DNA of 64,000 nucleotides from an uncultured Candidatus Binatia bacterium (GCA_965242525.1 OZ251459.1:320001-384000), one strand, 5' to 3'; shown: positions 29,071 to 39,285, counted from the first letter of the stretch. Translations and numbers: made by a program. The notes: generated by a model from the letters alone, not told the origin.

Positions 29071-31164
29071 CGCGGCTCCGCCCGCCTCACCCTGCCATTG
29101 CTGCTTCTCGCGCTGTCCACGTTGTTCCTGTGCAACCTGGACAAGGGGCGCCTCTACCGTCCCGGCGGCCCTAGCTGGAGTACGGCGTGGAATATGGCGA
29201 TGGCCGAGAACCTGTCGCCCGAGCACCGTTTCCGGTTGTTCCTGGGGCGGCGCCAAGGATCGGGCGGCGTCTCCACCTACGAGATGTACAGCCGCTTTCC
29301 CGTGGGCGGTTACGCGCTCCTCAAACTCGCCATCCTCCCCTTCGGAAACGACCTCTCCGCCAAGATCCTCTCCGCCCGCATGCTCATGTTGCTGTTGTTC
29401 AGCGGTGCTGCGCTCCTGGCGTTCCACGCCCTCGCACGCATCACCTCCCGCCGCTGGGTCGCACTGGCCGCCACCCTCGCGGCCTTCTCCTCCTACTACA
29501 TGCTGTTCTACGCCAACGTGGTTTACAACGAGGGCAGCATGGACCTGTTCGCGGTGATGCTGGCCTTCCACGGCATGGTGGTGTTCGTGCAGGAGGGACG
29601 GTTCCGGCAGTTGCTGGCCAAGACCGGCGTGGCGCTGCTGCTGGGATGGCACGTGTACGCCTTCCTGCTTCCCTTCATCCTCCTGGGCCTGGCCCGGGAG
29701 GCCGTCCGGGCCTGGAAGCACGGAAATGCGCCCCGGCTGCGCTCCGCCGGGGCCGCGGTGCTGCGCAGCCGCTACACCGCCCTTGGCCTGGCCGCGCTGC
29801 TCTTCGGCGCGGCCCTCCTCGCCTTCAACTTCGCCAACGAGTACGCCGCCTTCGGAGGCGAGACCCCGGTGACCGAACTGCCGTCGTTCCAGTCCATGCT
29901 CCGGCGCACCGGACTGGATCGGGACTTCGCCCCGGCGGGGTGGTGGCCGGGCTTCCTGCGCCAGCAGTTCTTTCGCGTCTTCGTGGCCTCCGTTCCGTTC
30001 CTGCTCACCCACCGGGCAGTCGACCCGGCGGGATGGTTCCCTTCCCTCGGCCTTTCGGCCCCGGGCCTTTCGGGGTCGGAGTTGTCGGCATACATCCTGC
30101 TGTTGCTGATGGCTGTCGGAGCAGCCGCGGCCCTCGTTCGGCTTGCGAGGCCGCTGTTGGCAGGGCGGTACCGCATGCTGCTGGCCACCCTTGCCCTGTC
30201 GGGGTTTTGCTGGGCCCTGCTCATGCGCCACAACGTCGCAAACTACTCCCACGACCACGAGGCCCTTTACTACGTGGGTGTCCCGCTGGTGTCCTGCTCA
30301 CTGCTCCTGCTGTACGTCCACCAGCGCTGGGGGCGTGGTCCGGTAGTCGGCCTTGCGGTTGCGGCGCTGCTCGCCTTCGTGGTCTCCGCCTTCCAGATGG
30401 ATCGTTGGCAGCGCCCTGACGACCGGGCGGTCGAGCCGCAGCAGGCCGCCATGGCCGAAATCGGGGCCATCCGCGAAATCATTCGGGGAAAGGTGGTCAT
30501 GGTCCTCGGGTCCGTCGAGCCGGAATGGTACTGGCAGTTCAGCAAGCACCAGGAATGGAGGTACTACCTCGCCGGAAGCATCCTGTCATACCCCCTCCAC
30601 ACGGAAAGCGCCAGGAGGTACCATCGCGCCGGAAGCGCGTTGACGCACTTCCCGGACACGGAAGCCGCCGCCCGCGCCGCGGACTTCCTCATCACCCACG
30701 ACCGCGTGGAGAGCGACGCCCTGCTCACGCCCGGCAACCAACGAGTGTTCCTGTATGGTTCGGCCGGTATCGACGACCTCATGGAGTTCTACCGGGCCAC
30801 GTACCAACGGGTGGCGTCCGGAGAACCTGCGGCGCGCTCCCACTTCGACGTCTATCTCGATGAGGATGCGCTGTTCCACGTCAAGGAACCCTGCGTCCGG
30901 GAGGACGCGGGATTGACGGTCTTCGTGGAGGCGGTCCCGGAAGACCCGAAGGACCTGCCCGAAGGGCGCCGGCGGTACGGCTTCGAGCGGCTTCCCGTCT
31001 TCTTCCAGCACAGTGGAGTGCTGTTCGAGGGGAAGTGCATGGCGATTCTTCCACTTCCCGATTATCCCGTCTCCGGCATCAGGACGGGACAGCGGCCGTT
31101 CCGGCACCCCGGCTGGAAAGGGCACCGCGGCTGGGAAGCAGAGATACCGGTGGACCACCCATGA
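29068..31164 (+). CDS. Multi-TM GT-C-like membrane protein, paralog 3
   Basis: Family motifs; start uncertain (29029-29068). Confidence 0.85.
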   Translation: MRGSARLTLPLLLLALSTLFLCNLDKGRLYRPGGPSWSTAWNMAMAENLSPEHRFRLFLGRRQGSGGVSTYEMYSRFPVGGYALLKLAILPFGNDLSAKILSARMLMLLLFSGAALLAFHALARITSRRWVALAATLAAFSSYYMLFYANVVYNEGSMDLFAVMLAFHGMVVFVQEGRFRQLLAKTGVALLLGWHVYAFLLPFILLGLAREAVRAWKHGNAPRLRSAGAAVLRSRYTALGLAALLFGAALLAFNFANEYAAFGGETPVTELPSFQSMLRRTGLDRDFAPAGWWPGFLRQQFFRVFVASVPFLLTHRAVDPAGWFPSLGLSAPGLSGSELSAYILLLLMAVGAAAALVRLARPLLAGRYRMLLATLALSGFCWALLMRHNVANYSHDHEALYYVGVPLVSCSLLLLYVHQRWGRGPVVGLAVAALLAFVVSAFQMDRWQRPDDRAVEPQQAAMAEIGAIREIIRGKVVMVLGSVEPEWYWQFSKHQEWRYYLAGSILSYPLHTESARRYHRAGSALTHFPDTEAAARAADFLITHDRVESDALLTPGNQRVFLYGSAGIDDLMEFYRATYQRVASGEPAARSHFDVYLDEDALFHVKEPCVREDAGLTVFVEAVPEDPKDLPEGRRRYGFERLPVFFQHSGVLFEGKCMAILPLPDYPVSGIRTGQRPFRHPGWKGHRGWEAEIPVDHP

Positions 31165-33275
31165 AGCCTCCCGGTCTCCGTCCGGAACGCCTCACCCTGT
31201 GGTTGCTGCTGCTCGCACTGTCCACGTTGTTCCTGTGCAACGTGGACAAGGGGTACTTCTACCGTCCCGGCAGCCCCAACTGGAATACGGCGAAGAACCT
31301 GGCCATCGCCGAGAACCTGTCGCCCCACCACCGTTTCCGGTTGTCGCCGGGGCTGCGCCCGGGACCGGGCGGCGCCCCCGCCTACGAACTGTACAGCCGC
31401 TTTCCCGTGGGCGGTTACGCGCTCATCAAACTCGCCATCCTCCCCTTCGGGAACGACCTGTCCGCAAAAATCCTCGCCGCCCGAATGCTCATGTTGCTCT
31501 TGTTCAGCGGCGCCGCGCTCCTGGCCTTCCACTCCCTCGCCCGGATCACCTCCCGCCGATGGGTCGCATTGGCCGCCACCCTCACGGCGTTCTCCTCCTA
31601 CTACATGCTGTTGTACGGCAACGCGGTTTCGGTGGAGTACAGCGTGGACCTGTTCGCGGTCATGCTGGCCTTCCACGGCATGGTGGTGTTCGTGCAGGAG
31701 GGACGGTTCCGGCAGTTGCTGGCCAGGACCTGCGTTGCGCTGCTGCTGGGGTGGCGCGTGTACGCCTTCCTGCTTCCCTTCATCCTCCTGGGCCTGGGGA
31801 GCGAGGCGGTCCGGGCGTGGAAGGACGGGACTGCGGTGAGGCTGCGCTCCGCCGGGGCTGCGGTGCTGCGCAGCCGCTACACGGCCCTTGGCCTGGCCGC
31901 GCTGCTGTTCGGCGCGGCCGTCCTGGGCTTCAACTTCGCCAACGAGTACACCGCCTTCCGAGGCGAGACGCCGGTGACCGAACTGCCGTCGTTCCAGTCC
32001 ATGCTCAGGCGGACCACCGGCGTGGGCCAGGACCCGGACGCCTCCTTCCACTCCAGGGGGTGGCTGCGCTTCCTGCGACAGCAGTTCTACCGTGTCCGCG
32101 TGGCGTCCGTTCCAGGTGTGCTGACCGAATGGGGCGCCGGTCTGCGGGGGCGGTTCCCCTCGGTTCCCTCTTCGGCGTCCGGCCTTTCGGGGCCGGAGTT
32201 GTCGCTTTACCTGCTGTCGTTGCTGCTGGCGGCGGTCGCCTCCGCGGTGGCGGTTCGGCTTGCAAGGTCGCTGTTGTCCCGGCGGCAATGCATGCTGCCG
32301 GCCGTCCTTGCCCTGTCGGGGTTCTGCTGGGCCCTGCCCATGCGCCACAACGTTGCCGACCACCTTCACGAGGCCCTGTACTACGTGGGCGTGCCGCTGG
32401 TGTCGTACTCACTGTTCCTGCTGTACGTCCACCAGCGCTGGGGGCGTGGTCCGGTGGTCGGCCTTGCGGTTGCGGCGCTGCTCGCCTTCGTGCTCTCCGC
32501 CTTCCAGATGGAACGACGATGGCGCCCCGACGCCCGGGCGGCAGAGGTCCAGCGAACCGCCATGGCCGAACTCGGGGTCATCCGCGAGACCACCCGGGGA
32601 AAGGTGGTCCTGGTCCCCGGTTCCGTCGAGCCGGAATGGTCCGGGCAGTTCACACAGCGGAACTACGGATCGGACTACGAATGGAGGTACTACCTCGCCG
32701 GAAGCGTCCTGACGCAATTCCCCGACCTCACGCGTTTACCTCACCTGTACCCCGCCGACCCCCGGGACCCCGCCGGAAACGTCCTGGCGCAATCCCTCGA
32801 CGTGGAAGCGGCCGCCCGCGCCGCGGACTTCATCGTCACCCGCGACCGCGTGGAGAGCGACGCCCTGCTCACACCCGGGAACCAACGGGTGTTCCTGTAC
32901 GGTTCCGCGGGCATCGACGACCTGGTGGAGTTGTACCGGGCCACGTACCAACGAGCGGTGTCCGGAGAACCTGCGGCGCGCTCCCGGTTCGACGTCTATC
33001 TCGGTGACCGCGCGCTGTTCCACGTCAAGGATCCCTGTGTCGTGGAGGACGCAGGTCACTGGATCGTCGTGGAGGTGTATCCGGAAGACCCGAAGGACCT
33101 GCCCGAAGAGTACGAACGGTACGGCGACAACCGCGACTTCCGGCTCTATGGGCACCCCGTGCTGTTCGAGGGGAAGTGTATTGCGGTGGTTTCACTCCCC
33201 GATCATCCCATCTCCCGCATCACGACGGGACAACTGCAACACGGCTGGGAAGTGGAGATACCGGCGAGCCGGTAG
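31161..33275 (+). CDS. Multi-TM GT-C-like membrane protein, paralog 4
   Basis: ATGA overlap with paralog 3; family motifs. Confidence 0.87.
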   Translation: MKPPGLRPERLTLWLLLLALSTLFLCNVDKGYFYRPGSPNWNTAKNLAIAENLSPHHRFRLSPGLRPGPGGAPAYELYSRFPVGGYALIKLAILPFGNDLSAKILAARMLMLLLFSGAALLAFHSLARITSRRWVALAATLTAFSSYYMLLYGNAVSVEYSVDLFAVMLAFHGMVVFVQEGRFRQLLARTCVALLLGWRVYAFLLPFILLGLGSEAVRAWKDGTAVRLRSAGAAVLRSRYTALGLAALLFGAAVLGFNFANEYTAFRGETPVTELPSFQSMLRRTTGVGQDPDASFHSRGWLRFLRQQFYRVRVASVPGVLTEWGAGLRGRFPSVPSSASGLSGPELSLYLLSLLLAAVASAVAVRLARSLLSRRQCMLPAVLALSGFCWALPMRHNVADHLHEALYYVGVPLVSYSLFLLYVHQRWGRGPVVGLAVAALLAFVLSAFQMERRWRPDARAAEVQRTAMAELGVIRETTRGKVVLVPGSVEPEWSGQFTQRNYGSDYEWRYYLAGSVLTQFPDLTRLPHLYPADPRDPAGNVLAQSLDVEAAARAADFIVTRDRVESDALLTPGNQRVFLYGSAGIDDLVELYRATYQRAVSGEPAARSRFDVYLGDRALFHVKDPCVVEDAGHWIVVEVYPEDPKDLPEEYERYGDNRDFRLYGHPVLFEGKCIAVVSLPDHPISRITTGQLQHGWEVEIPASR

Positions 33276-33299
33276 TCTCCGCCGGACGCGGCCGTGGAC

Positions 33300-33363
33300 T
33301 CTCCACGGACCGGCTGCCGGGCTGGAAGGAAGCCGCCGGTCCCGGTCTTCCTCGCGCCGTTCC
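33300..33363. repeat. Decayed copy of the acs 3' end and adjacent intergenic DNA
   Basis: CCGGGCTGGAAGGAAGCCGCCGGTCCCGGTCTTCCTCG vs CCGGGTTGGAGGGAAGCCGCCGGTCTCAGTCTTCCTCG at ~6542-6579. Confidence 0.75.
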
Positions 33364-33441
33364 GCGGATGGACAACGCGCAGGGTATCCGTTACCATGAG
33401 CCTCGTCTCACCGTCCGGAAACCGTCTGGGAGAACCGCCTC

Positions 33442-34239
33442 GTGAAGACCATCGGCATCGTCGGCTGCGGCGCCATCGGCAGGGGCTTGTTGCAAGCCGT
33501 GGATGCGGGAGCGGTGGCGGCCAGGGCATGCGTCACCAGTCGCACGGAAGGCCCGTGCCGGGCGTTCCTGGAGACCTTGGGCGCGCCGGCGCCGTTCCTG
33601 GCCCGGGAGGAGCTCATCGCCCGGTCCGACGTGGTGGTGGAGGCCGCGGGGGGCGCCGTGGTTCCGGAGCTTGCCCGGGATGTGTTCGACGCCGGCAAGG
33701 ACCTCATGGTCATCAGCGTGGGCGCGCTGCTGGACCACCCGGAGGTCATGGACAGGGCCCGGGAGACCGGGCGCCGGCTGCTCCTGCCTTCCGGCGCCAT
33801 CGCGGGACTCGACGGCGTCAAGTCGGCGTGCGCCGGGCGCGTGGACCACGTGACCATCACCACCCGGAAGCCGCCCCACGGACTGGAGGGCGCGCCGTAC
33901 CTGGTGCGGCGCGGCGTCTCCCTGGCGGGGCTGACGGAGCCCCGCCAGGTCTTTGCGGGGACCGCCCGGGAGGCGTGCCGGGCCTTTCCGGCCAACGTCA
34001 ACGTGTCCGCGGCGGTGAGCCTGGCGGGCCTGGGGCCGGACGCCACGCGCATCCGCATCCTGGCGGTGCCCGGGCTGGAGCGGAACTGCCACGACGTGGA
34101 GGTGGAGGGCGAGTTCGGGCGCCTCGCCATGCACATCGAGAACGTCCCCACCGAGAACCCGCGCACCGGCCGCCTCACGGTCCTGTCCATGGTGCGTTCC
34201 CTCCAGGATGCGCTGGACCCCGTGCGGGTGGGGACCTGA
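33442..34239 (+). CDS. nadX: L-aspartate dehydrogenase
   Basis: GIVGCGAIG, PSGAIAGLD, FPANVNV, NCH, NPRTG. Confidence 0.9.
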   Translation: MKTIGIVGCGAIGRGLLQAVDAGAVAARACVTSRTEGPCRAFLETLGAPAPFLAREELIARSDVVVEAAGGAVVPELARDVFDAGKDLMVISVGALLDHPEVMDRARETGRRLLLPSGAIAGLDGVKSACAGRVDHVTITTRKPPHGLEGAPYLVRRGVSLAGLTEPRQVFAGTAREACRAFPANVNVSAAVSLAGLGPDATRIRILAVPGLERNCHDVEVEGEFGRLAMHIENVPTENPRTGRLTVLSMVRSLQDALDPVRVGT

Positions 34240-34269
34240 CGAGCGGGTGAGGGCTTCGCGGGTTTCCCC

Positions 34270-35865
34270 ATGACCAACGTCGAGGCCGTGGTCCGGGTGC
34301 TGCAGCAGGCCGGGGTGCGCTGGGTCTTCGGCATTCCCAGCGGTCCGGTGCTGCCGTTGATCGACGCGCTGCGCCGCAGCCCCGTGGAGTTCGTGTTGAC
34401 GGCGAGCGAGACCTCCGCGGGGTTCATGGCGGCCACGGTGGGCCAGCTCACCGGGGTTCCGGGCGCGTGCGCCGCCACCCTGGGCCCCGGCGCCACCAAC
34501 CTCACCACCGGCGTGGGCTGCGCTTGGCTGGACTGCGCGCCGGTGGTGGCCGTCACCTGCAACGTGCCGACTCCCTGGCTCCGGCGCAGGGTCCAGATGC
34601 GCATCGACCACTGCGCGTTGTTCCGGCCGCTGACCAAGGCCACGTTCGCCCTGGGCTTTGCCGGCGCGCCGAAGACGGTGGCCGAAGCCTTGGCCCTTGC
34701 GACGGCCGAACCCCCCGGACCTGTGCACCTGGACCTGCCCGAGGACGTGGGAGGCGCGCCGTCGGACGGGGAGACGCCGCTGCCCGCCGCCGGCGCGCCG
34801 TTGCCGGACGTGGCGGACGACGCCCGGACCGCCCTGGCGGCCGCGCTGTCCCGGAGCCGGCGGCCGCTGGTGGTCACCGGCATGACCTTCGCGAGGCGGA
34901 GCCTGGCGGCGCCGCTGCTGCGCTTCGTTGAGGAGCACCGGCTCCCGTTCGTCTCCACCCTGCACGCCAAGGGCTGCCTGCCGGAGAGCCATCCCAACTG
35001 GGTCGGGGTCCTCGGGCGGGCCCGGCGCACCGACGTGCAGCGCATGGCGGACCGGGCCGACCTGATCCTTGCGGTGGGTTACGACCCCATCGAGATCAAC
35101 TACGAGGAATGGGTGGGGGAGACCCCGGTGTTCCACTTGAGCACCGCCGCGGCCGAGCTGGACCCGCGGGTCCGGTTCGTCTTCAACGGAGCCGGTGACA
35201 TGGACCGGGCGCTGCGGCAGTGGCGCGGCGTGCCCCCGGCGGCGAACGACTGGACCGCGGACGAATGGAGCGCCCACCGGAGCCGGCTGGAGCGGGAGCT
35301 CCGTCCCGAAGGAAGCGGGTTCGCCGCGCACCACGTGCTCGACGCCCTGCGCGCGGCCCTGCCTCCGGACGGCATCCTGGCCTACGACGTGGGCGCGCAT
35401 ACCCACCAGATCGCCACGCAATGGCGCACGGACGAGCCCCGGACCCTGCTCGCCACCAACGGCTGGTCGTCCATGGGGTTCGGCATGCCCGCGGCCTACG
35501 CCGCCAGGATGGTCCACCCGGGTCGGGCGGTGGCGGGGGTCGTGGGCGACGGCTGCTTCCAGATGACCGCGGGCGAGCTGGCCATGGCCCGGCGGCGCGG
35601 CCTTCCGGTCCCCATCGTCGTCCTCAACGACGGATGGCTGGGGTTGATGAAGGTGAAGCAGGAGCGCAAGGGCCTGCCGTTTTCGGGAGTCGATCTGGGC
35701 GCCCGGGTGGACTCCCCCGCGCATTACTTCGGCGTTCCCTGCCGGAGCGCCCGGGACCCGCAAGAGTTCGAAACGGCCATTCGCTGGGGCCTGGACCTGG
35801 GGGGCCCCAGCGTCATCGAGGCGTTCATCGACGTGGCCCCCTACTCCCGGACGGTGTTCGACTGA
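34270..35865 (+). CDS. Thiamine-diphosphate-dependent enzyme (acetolactate-synthase-like family)
   Basis: FGIPSG, TLGPGATN, MGFGMP, GDGCFQM..VVLNDG. Confidence 0.9.
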   Translation: MTNVEAVVRVLQQAGVRWVFGIPSGPVLPLIDALRRSPVEFVLTASETSAGFMAATVGQLTGVPGACAATLGPGATNLTTGVGCAWLDCAPVVAVTCNVPTPWLRRRVQMRIDHCALFRPLTKATFALGFAGAPKTVAEALALATAEPPGPVHLDLPEDVGGAPSDGETPLPAAGAPLPDVADDARTALAAALSRSRRPLVVTGMTFARRSLAAPLLRFVEEHRLPFVSTLHAKGCLPESHPNWVGVLGRARRTDVQRMADRADLILAVGYDPIEINYEEWVGETPVFHLSTAAAELDPRVRFVFNGAGDMDRALRQWRGVPPAANDWTADEWSAHRSRLERELRPEGSGFAAHHVLDALRAALPPDGILAYDVGAHTHQIATQWRTDEPRTLLATNGWSSMGFGMPAAYAARMVHPGRAVAGVVGDGCFQMTAGELAMARRRGLPVPIVVLNDGWLGLMKVKQERKGLPFSGVDLGARVDSPAHYFGVPCRSARDPQEFETAIRWGLDLGGPSVIEAFIDVAPYSRTVFD

Positions 35866-35961
35866 GACCGGCCCGCCCTGCCGCGGCCCGCCCCCCGGCA
35901 AGCGCCGCGGCCGGGGCCGCGGATGGCGCGCCGTCACGAATTGCGGTAGGGTGGGGCGGGT

Positions 35962-37149
35962 ATGCTGAGCCGCATCAAGAACGTCCTGATCCTCGCCACC
36001 TGCCAGATGCTGTTCGGGTCCACCCGCACTCTGGTCATCATGACCGCTCCGGTCATCGCCTACGGCATGGCCGAGAACAAGGCGCTGGCCACGCTGCCCG
36101 CGGCGCTGGTGATCGTCGGTACGGCCCTCGCCACCATGCCGGCTTCCATGCTCATGCGCGCCACCGGCCGCCGTCTCGGCTTCATCATCGGGGCGTGCAT
36201 CGGCGCAGGCTCCGGCGCACTGGCCGGCGCCGCCATCATCCGGGCGGACTTCGAACTCCTGTGCCTCGCCACGTTCGTCTACGGCTTCTTCGCCGCCTTC
36301 GGGCAGTACTACCGTTTCGCCGCGGCCGACACCGCCCCGCAGGAGTTCAAGAGCAAGGCCATCTCGCTGGTCCTGGCCGGGGGCGTCCTGGCGGCCTTCG
36401 TCGGCAAGAACTTGGCCATCGCCGGCCAGAACCTGATTCCCTCGGACGAGTTCTTCGGCTCCTACCTGTTCCTCATCGCCCTCGCCGGGTTGACGGTGGG
36501 CGTGCTCGTCTTCCTCGACATCCCCAACCTGACCCCCGGCGAGCGTTCCGCAGAGCAGCGTTCCCTGGCGAAGATCATGGCCCAACCGGTGTTCGTGGCG
36601 GCGACGCTGGCGGCCACCATGGGGCAGGGGACCATGAACCTGTTGATGACCGCGACCCCCATCGCCATGACCCAGGCGGGCCACCCGTTCGTCTCCACCG
36701 CTTCGGTGATCCAGTGGCACAGCGTGGGCATGTTCGCCCCGGGTTTCGTCACCGGTTCCCTCATCAAGCGCTTCGGCGAGGTGCGCATCATCCTGACGGG
36801 CGTCGGACTCCAGATCGCCTGTGTGGTGACCGCGCTCGTCGGGACCAGCGTGCTCGAATTCTGGCTCTCCATGCTGTTCCTGGGGGTCGGCTGGAACTTC
36901 GCTTTCACCGGGGGCACCTCGCTCCTGACGCTGGCATACAGTCCGGCCGAGCGCGCGAAGACCCAGGGCGCCATGAGCTTCCTCAACTACGGCTTCGTGG
37001 CGGTGGTGTCGCTGTCGTCGGGCGTGCTCCTGCACTACGTGGGCTGGAACGGGGTGAACCTCGGCAGCATCCCGTTGCTCGCGGTGGCCGGCGGCGCCAC
37101 CCTCTGGTTCGCGGCCTCCCGGAGCAAGGCCGCAGGGGCGCTGGCCTGA
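35962..37149 (+). CDS. MFS transporter
   Basis: 12-TM pattern, YRFAAAD, IQWHSVGMFAP. Confidence 0.9.
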   Translation: MLSRIKNVLILATCQMLFGSTRTLVIMTAPVIAYGMAENKALATLPAALVIVGTALATMPASMLMRATGRRLGFIIGACIGAGSGALAGAAIIRADFELLCLATFVYGFFAAFGQYYRFAAADTAPQEFKSKAISLVLAGGVLAAFVGKNLAIAGQNLIPSDEFFGSYLFLIALAGLTVGVLVFLDIPNLTPGERSAEQRSLAKIMAQPVFVAATLAATMGQGTMNLLMTATPIAMTQAGHPFVSTASVIQWHSVGMFAPGFVTGSLIKRFGEVRIILTGVGLQIACVVTALVGTSVLEFWLSMLFLGVGWNFAFTGGTSLLTLAYSPAERAKTQGAMSFLNYGFVAVVSLSSGVLLHYVGWNGVNLGSIPLLAVAGGATLWFAASRSKAAGALA

Positions 37150-37177
37150 CCGGCCCGGCGCCCCAGGGCCGCGCTCG

Positions 37178-37558
37178 TCACAACACCGCCACCACCTCCA
37201 CCTGGAACAGCACCTCGCCCCGGACCGGCGACTTGATGGCGTGGCGGGCCGGCCGGTCGTGCTCGTGGGGGAACATCCTGAGCCACGCCTTGTTGATGGA
37301 CCCCCGGTACTCTTCCTCTTTCATATAGACCGTCATCCGCACGATGTCGTCCGGGCTGCCGCCCGCGAGCTCCATGAACTTGCGGATGTTCTCGAACAGC
37401 ACCTCGGCCTGTGCGTCGGGGTCGCCGGGAAGCTCGCCGGTGGCGGCGTCCCGGCCCGAGATGGCGGAGGAATAGACCAGGTTGCCGACCTTCGCGCCCA
37501 TGGGAATGGGCGCGCCGTGGGCCAGACCCGGGACCTCGATGCTTTCGCGCTTTGCCAT
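37178..37558 (-). CDS. RidA/YjgF family protein
   Basis: GNLVYSSAISG, RPARH, FQVEVVA. Confidence 0.88.
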   Translation of the reverse strand: MAKRESIEVPGLAHGAPIPMGAKVGNLVYSSAISGRDAATGELPGDPDAQAEVLFENIRKFMELAGGSPDDIVRMTVYMKEEEYRGSINKAWLRMFPHEHDRPARHAIKSPVRGEVLFQVEVVAVL

Positions 37559-37586
37559 GTGGTTCTCCTTCCGTGCCTTGTTCACT

Positions 37587-38843
37587 TCAAGCGGGATCCG
37601 GAGCTGGCGGCCTGGCCGTCCGGACCGTGACGAGGAACAGGACCACCGCGATGAGGAGCACCGCCAGCGTGCTGAGTCCCAGCGACCGGTGGATGCCGAT
37701 GAAGGCTCCGAGCACCCCCACGGTGACCCCGCTGAAGCTCCTCAGTCCCTGGGCGGACATGTTGTACAACCCTATCAGGCGGCCCCGCAGGTCCACGGGC
37801 GCCTCCAACTGCACCAGCGTTTGCGCCATGGAGAGGAACGCGAGGTTGAGGACCCCGGCCGCGAACAGGGAGGCCAGGGCCAGCGGGTAGGAGGAAGCGG
37901 CGGCGAACGCGGCCATGGCGACGCACCACAGCACGGCGAGGACGATGGCCGAGGACGCGCGCGCCCGGAGCCAGCCGCCGAACTCCAGCAGGAGGCCTCC
38001 GGCCACCGCGCCGGCGCCGTTGGCCGTCAACAGCGCGGTGTAGCCGTAGCCCGTCTCGTCGGCGCCGAGAGCTAGGGCGAACCCGGGCATCTGGGCCTGG
38101 AAGGCGTTGCCCACGAAGAAGGCGTAGAAACCCGGAAGCAGGATCATGGACAGGAGCACCCGGTTGTGTGACGCGCCCCGGAGCGCCGACAGGGCGTCGG
38201 CCCAGCCTCCCCTCTTGCGCTCGCGTCCCGAGCCGTGTCCCGTGTAGCGGACCCGCTGGCACCAGACCGCCAGCGGCAGGTAGATGAGGGTGTTGAGGCA
38301 CAGGGCGAGGGTGGGCCTCAGCCACACCATGATGGCGCCTCCCACCGCGGGGCCGAGCAGGATCCCCAACTGCCGTCCCGTGGCCAGCAGCCGGATGCCG
38401 CTCTGGAGCGTGTCGGCGCCCACCACGTCGTAGATCATCAGTTGGCGGGCGGGGTTCCACAAGGCTCCGGCGAGTCCGTGCAGCACCAGCAGGACGGCCG
38501 AGTGCCACATCTCCAGGCGGCCGGTGTAGAACAGGACGGCCCAGGCGAGGCTCACCGCCATGAACAGCGCCTGCGACCACTGCATGACCCGCCGGCAATC
38601 GAAGCGGTCGGCCAGCGCGCCGAAATACCACGAGAACGCCAGGAAGGGCAGCCAGTGGCTGATGACCGCGAAGCCGTTGAGGACCTCGGACCGGAAGAGT
38701 TGGTAGATGACCCAGTAGCTGATGACGTGCTCGATGTTGTCGGCCATCATCGACAGCATGTTGCCGACGAAGAACCAACGGAAGTCCCGGTTGTGGAGCG
38801 CGGCGAACGCCGTGGGCGGCGGGGCGGTCGGGTGTGCGGGCAT
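37587..38843 (-). CDS. MFS transporter
   Basis: GALADRFDCRR motif A; 12-TM pattern; the longer track start lies inside a MITE. Confidence 0.9.
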   Translation of the reverse strand: MPAHPTAPPPTAFAALHNRDFRWFFVGNMLSMMADNIEHVISYWVIYQLFRSEVLNGFAVISHWLPFLAFSWYFGALADRFDCRRVMQWSQALFMAVSLAWAVLFYTGRLEMWHSAVLLVLHGLAGALWNPARQLMIYDVVGADTLQSGIRLLATGRQLGILLGPAVGGAIMVWLRPTLALCLNTLIYLPLAVWCQRVRYTGHGSGRERKRGGWADALSALRGASHNRVLLSMILLPGFYAFFVGNAFQAQMPGFALALGADETGYGYTALLTANGAGAVAGGLLLEFGGWLRARASSAIVLAVLWCVAMAAFAAASSYPLALASLFAAGVLNLAFLSMAQTLVQLEAPVDLRGRLIGLYNMSAQGLRSFSGVTVGVLGAFIGIHRSLGLSTLAVLLIAVVLFLVTVRTARPPAPDPA

Positions 38844-38852
38844 GGCGAAAAC

Positions 38853-38937
38853 CCCCGTTCGTCCTGAGCGTAGCGAAGCGGAGTCGAAGGACGCGCTTTC
38901 CACGGGGAGAGGGAAATCGAGCCGGAACGGACATTCC
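38853..38937. mobile_element. Degenerate MITE copy
   Basis: Core palindrome plus GGACGCGCTTTCCACGGGGAGAGG..ACATTCC; reverse-orientation relative of 11267-11376. Confidence 0.7.
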
Positions 38938-39031
38938 CTACTCGGCTCTTCCGGCTTTTGTGTGGATAAGGTAGGAGGGAAAGGGGAGCGAAAGGGAACA
39001 CGCCGTCATTGCTCCGCAGACGCCCACCCCT

Positions 39032-39140
39032 CGTCATTCCCGCGAAAGCGGGAATCCATACCCTGCGAGCAAACCCCATGGGTTCCCTGTATGGATTCCC
39101 GCCCCCGCTTTCGCGAGGACATGCTTTTGCGGGAATGACG
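39032..39140. repeat. Inverted pair of REP-like units
   Basis: CGTCATTCCCGCGAAAGCGGGAATCCATA..TATGGATTCCCGC..GCGGGAATGACG. Confidence 0.8.
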
Positions 39141-39285
39141 GGATGGGGAGTGTCGCAACCCACACGAATTCCGGAAGCGCCCCTTACTCTAATCAGGCAG
39201 GCCGCGGTTTGGCAACCGGCGGATGGACCGAGGGATAGCGCAGCCGATGGCGGCGGGAAGCCGCCTGGAGGAGTCGGAGGAGCCG

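Noticed and set aside
33391-37035. 1214-aa minus-strand ORF and similar long ORFs (6309-8765, 8429-10822, 58699-61293, 25556-27784)
   Set aside because: Antisense or off-frame shadows of well-supported genes in GC-rich DNA; low-complexity, no motifs
38722-39163. Short ORFs between the MFS and ECF operons
   Set aside because: Made of repeat-derived peptides (VIPAKAGI, LRLRFATLRTNG)
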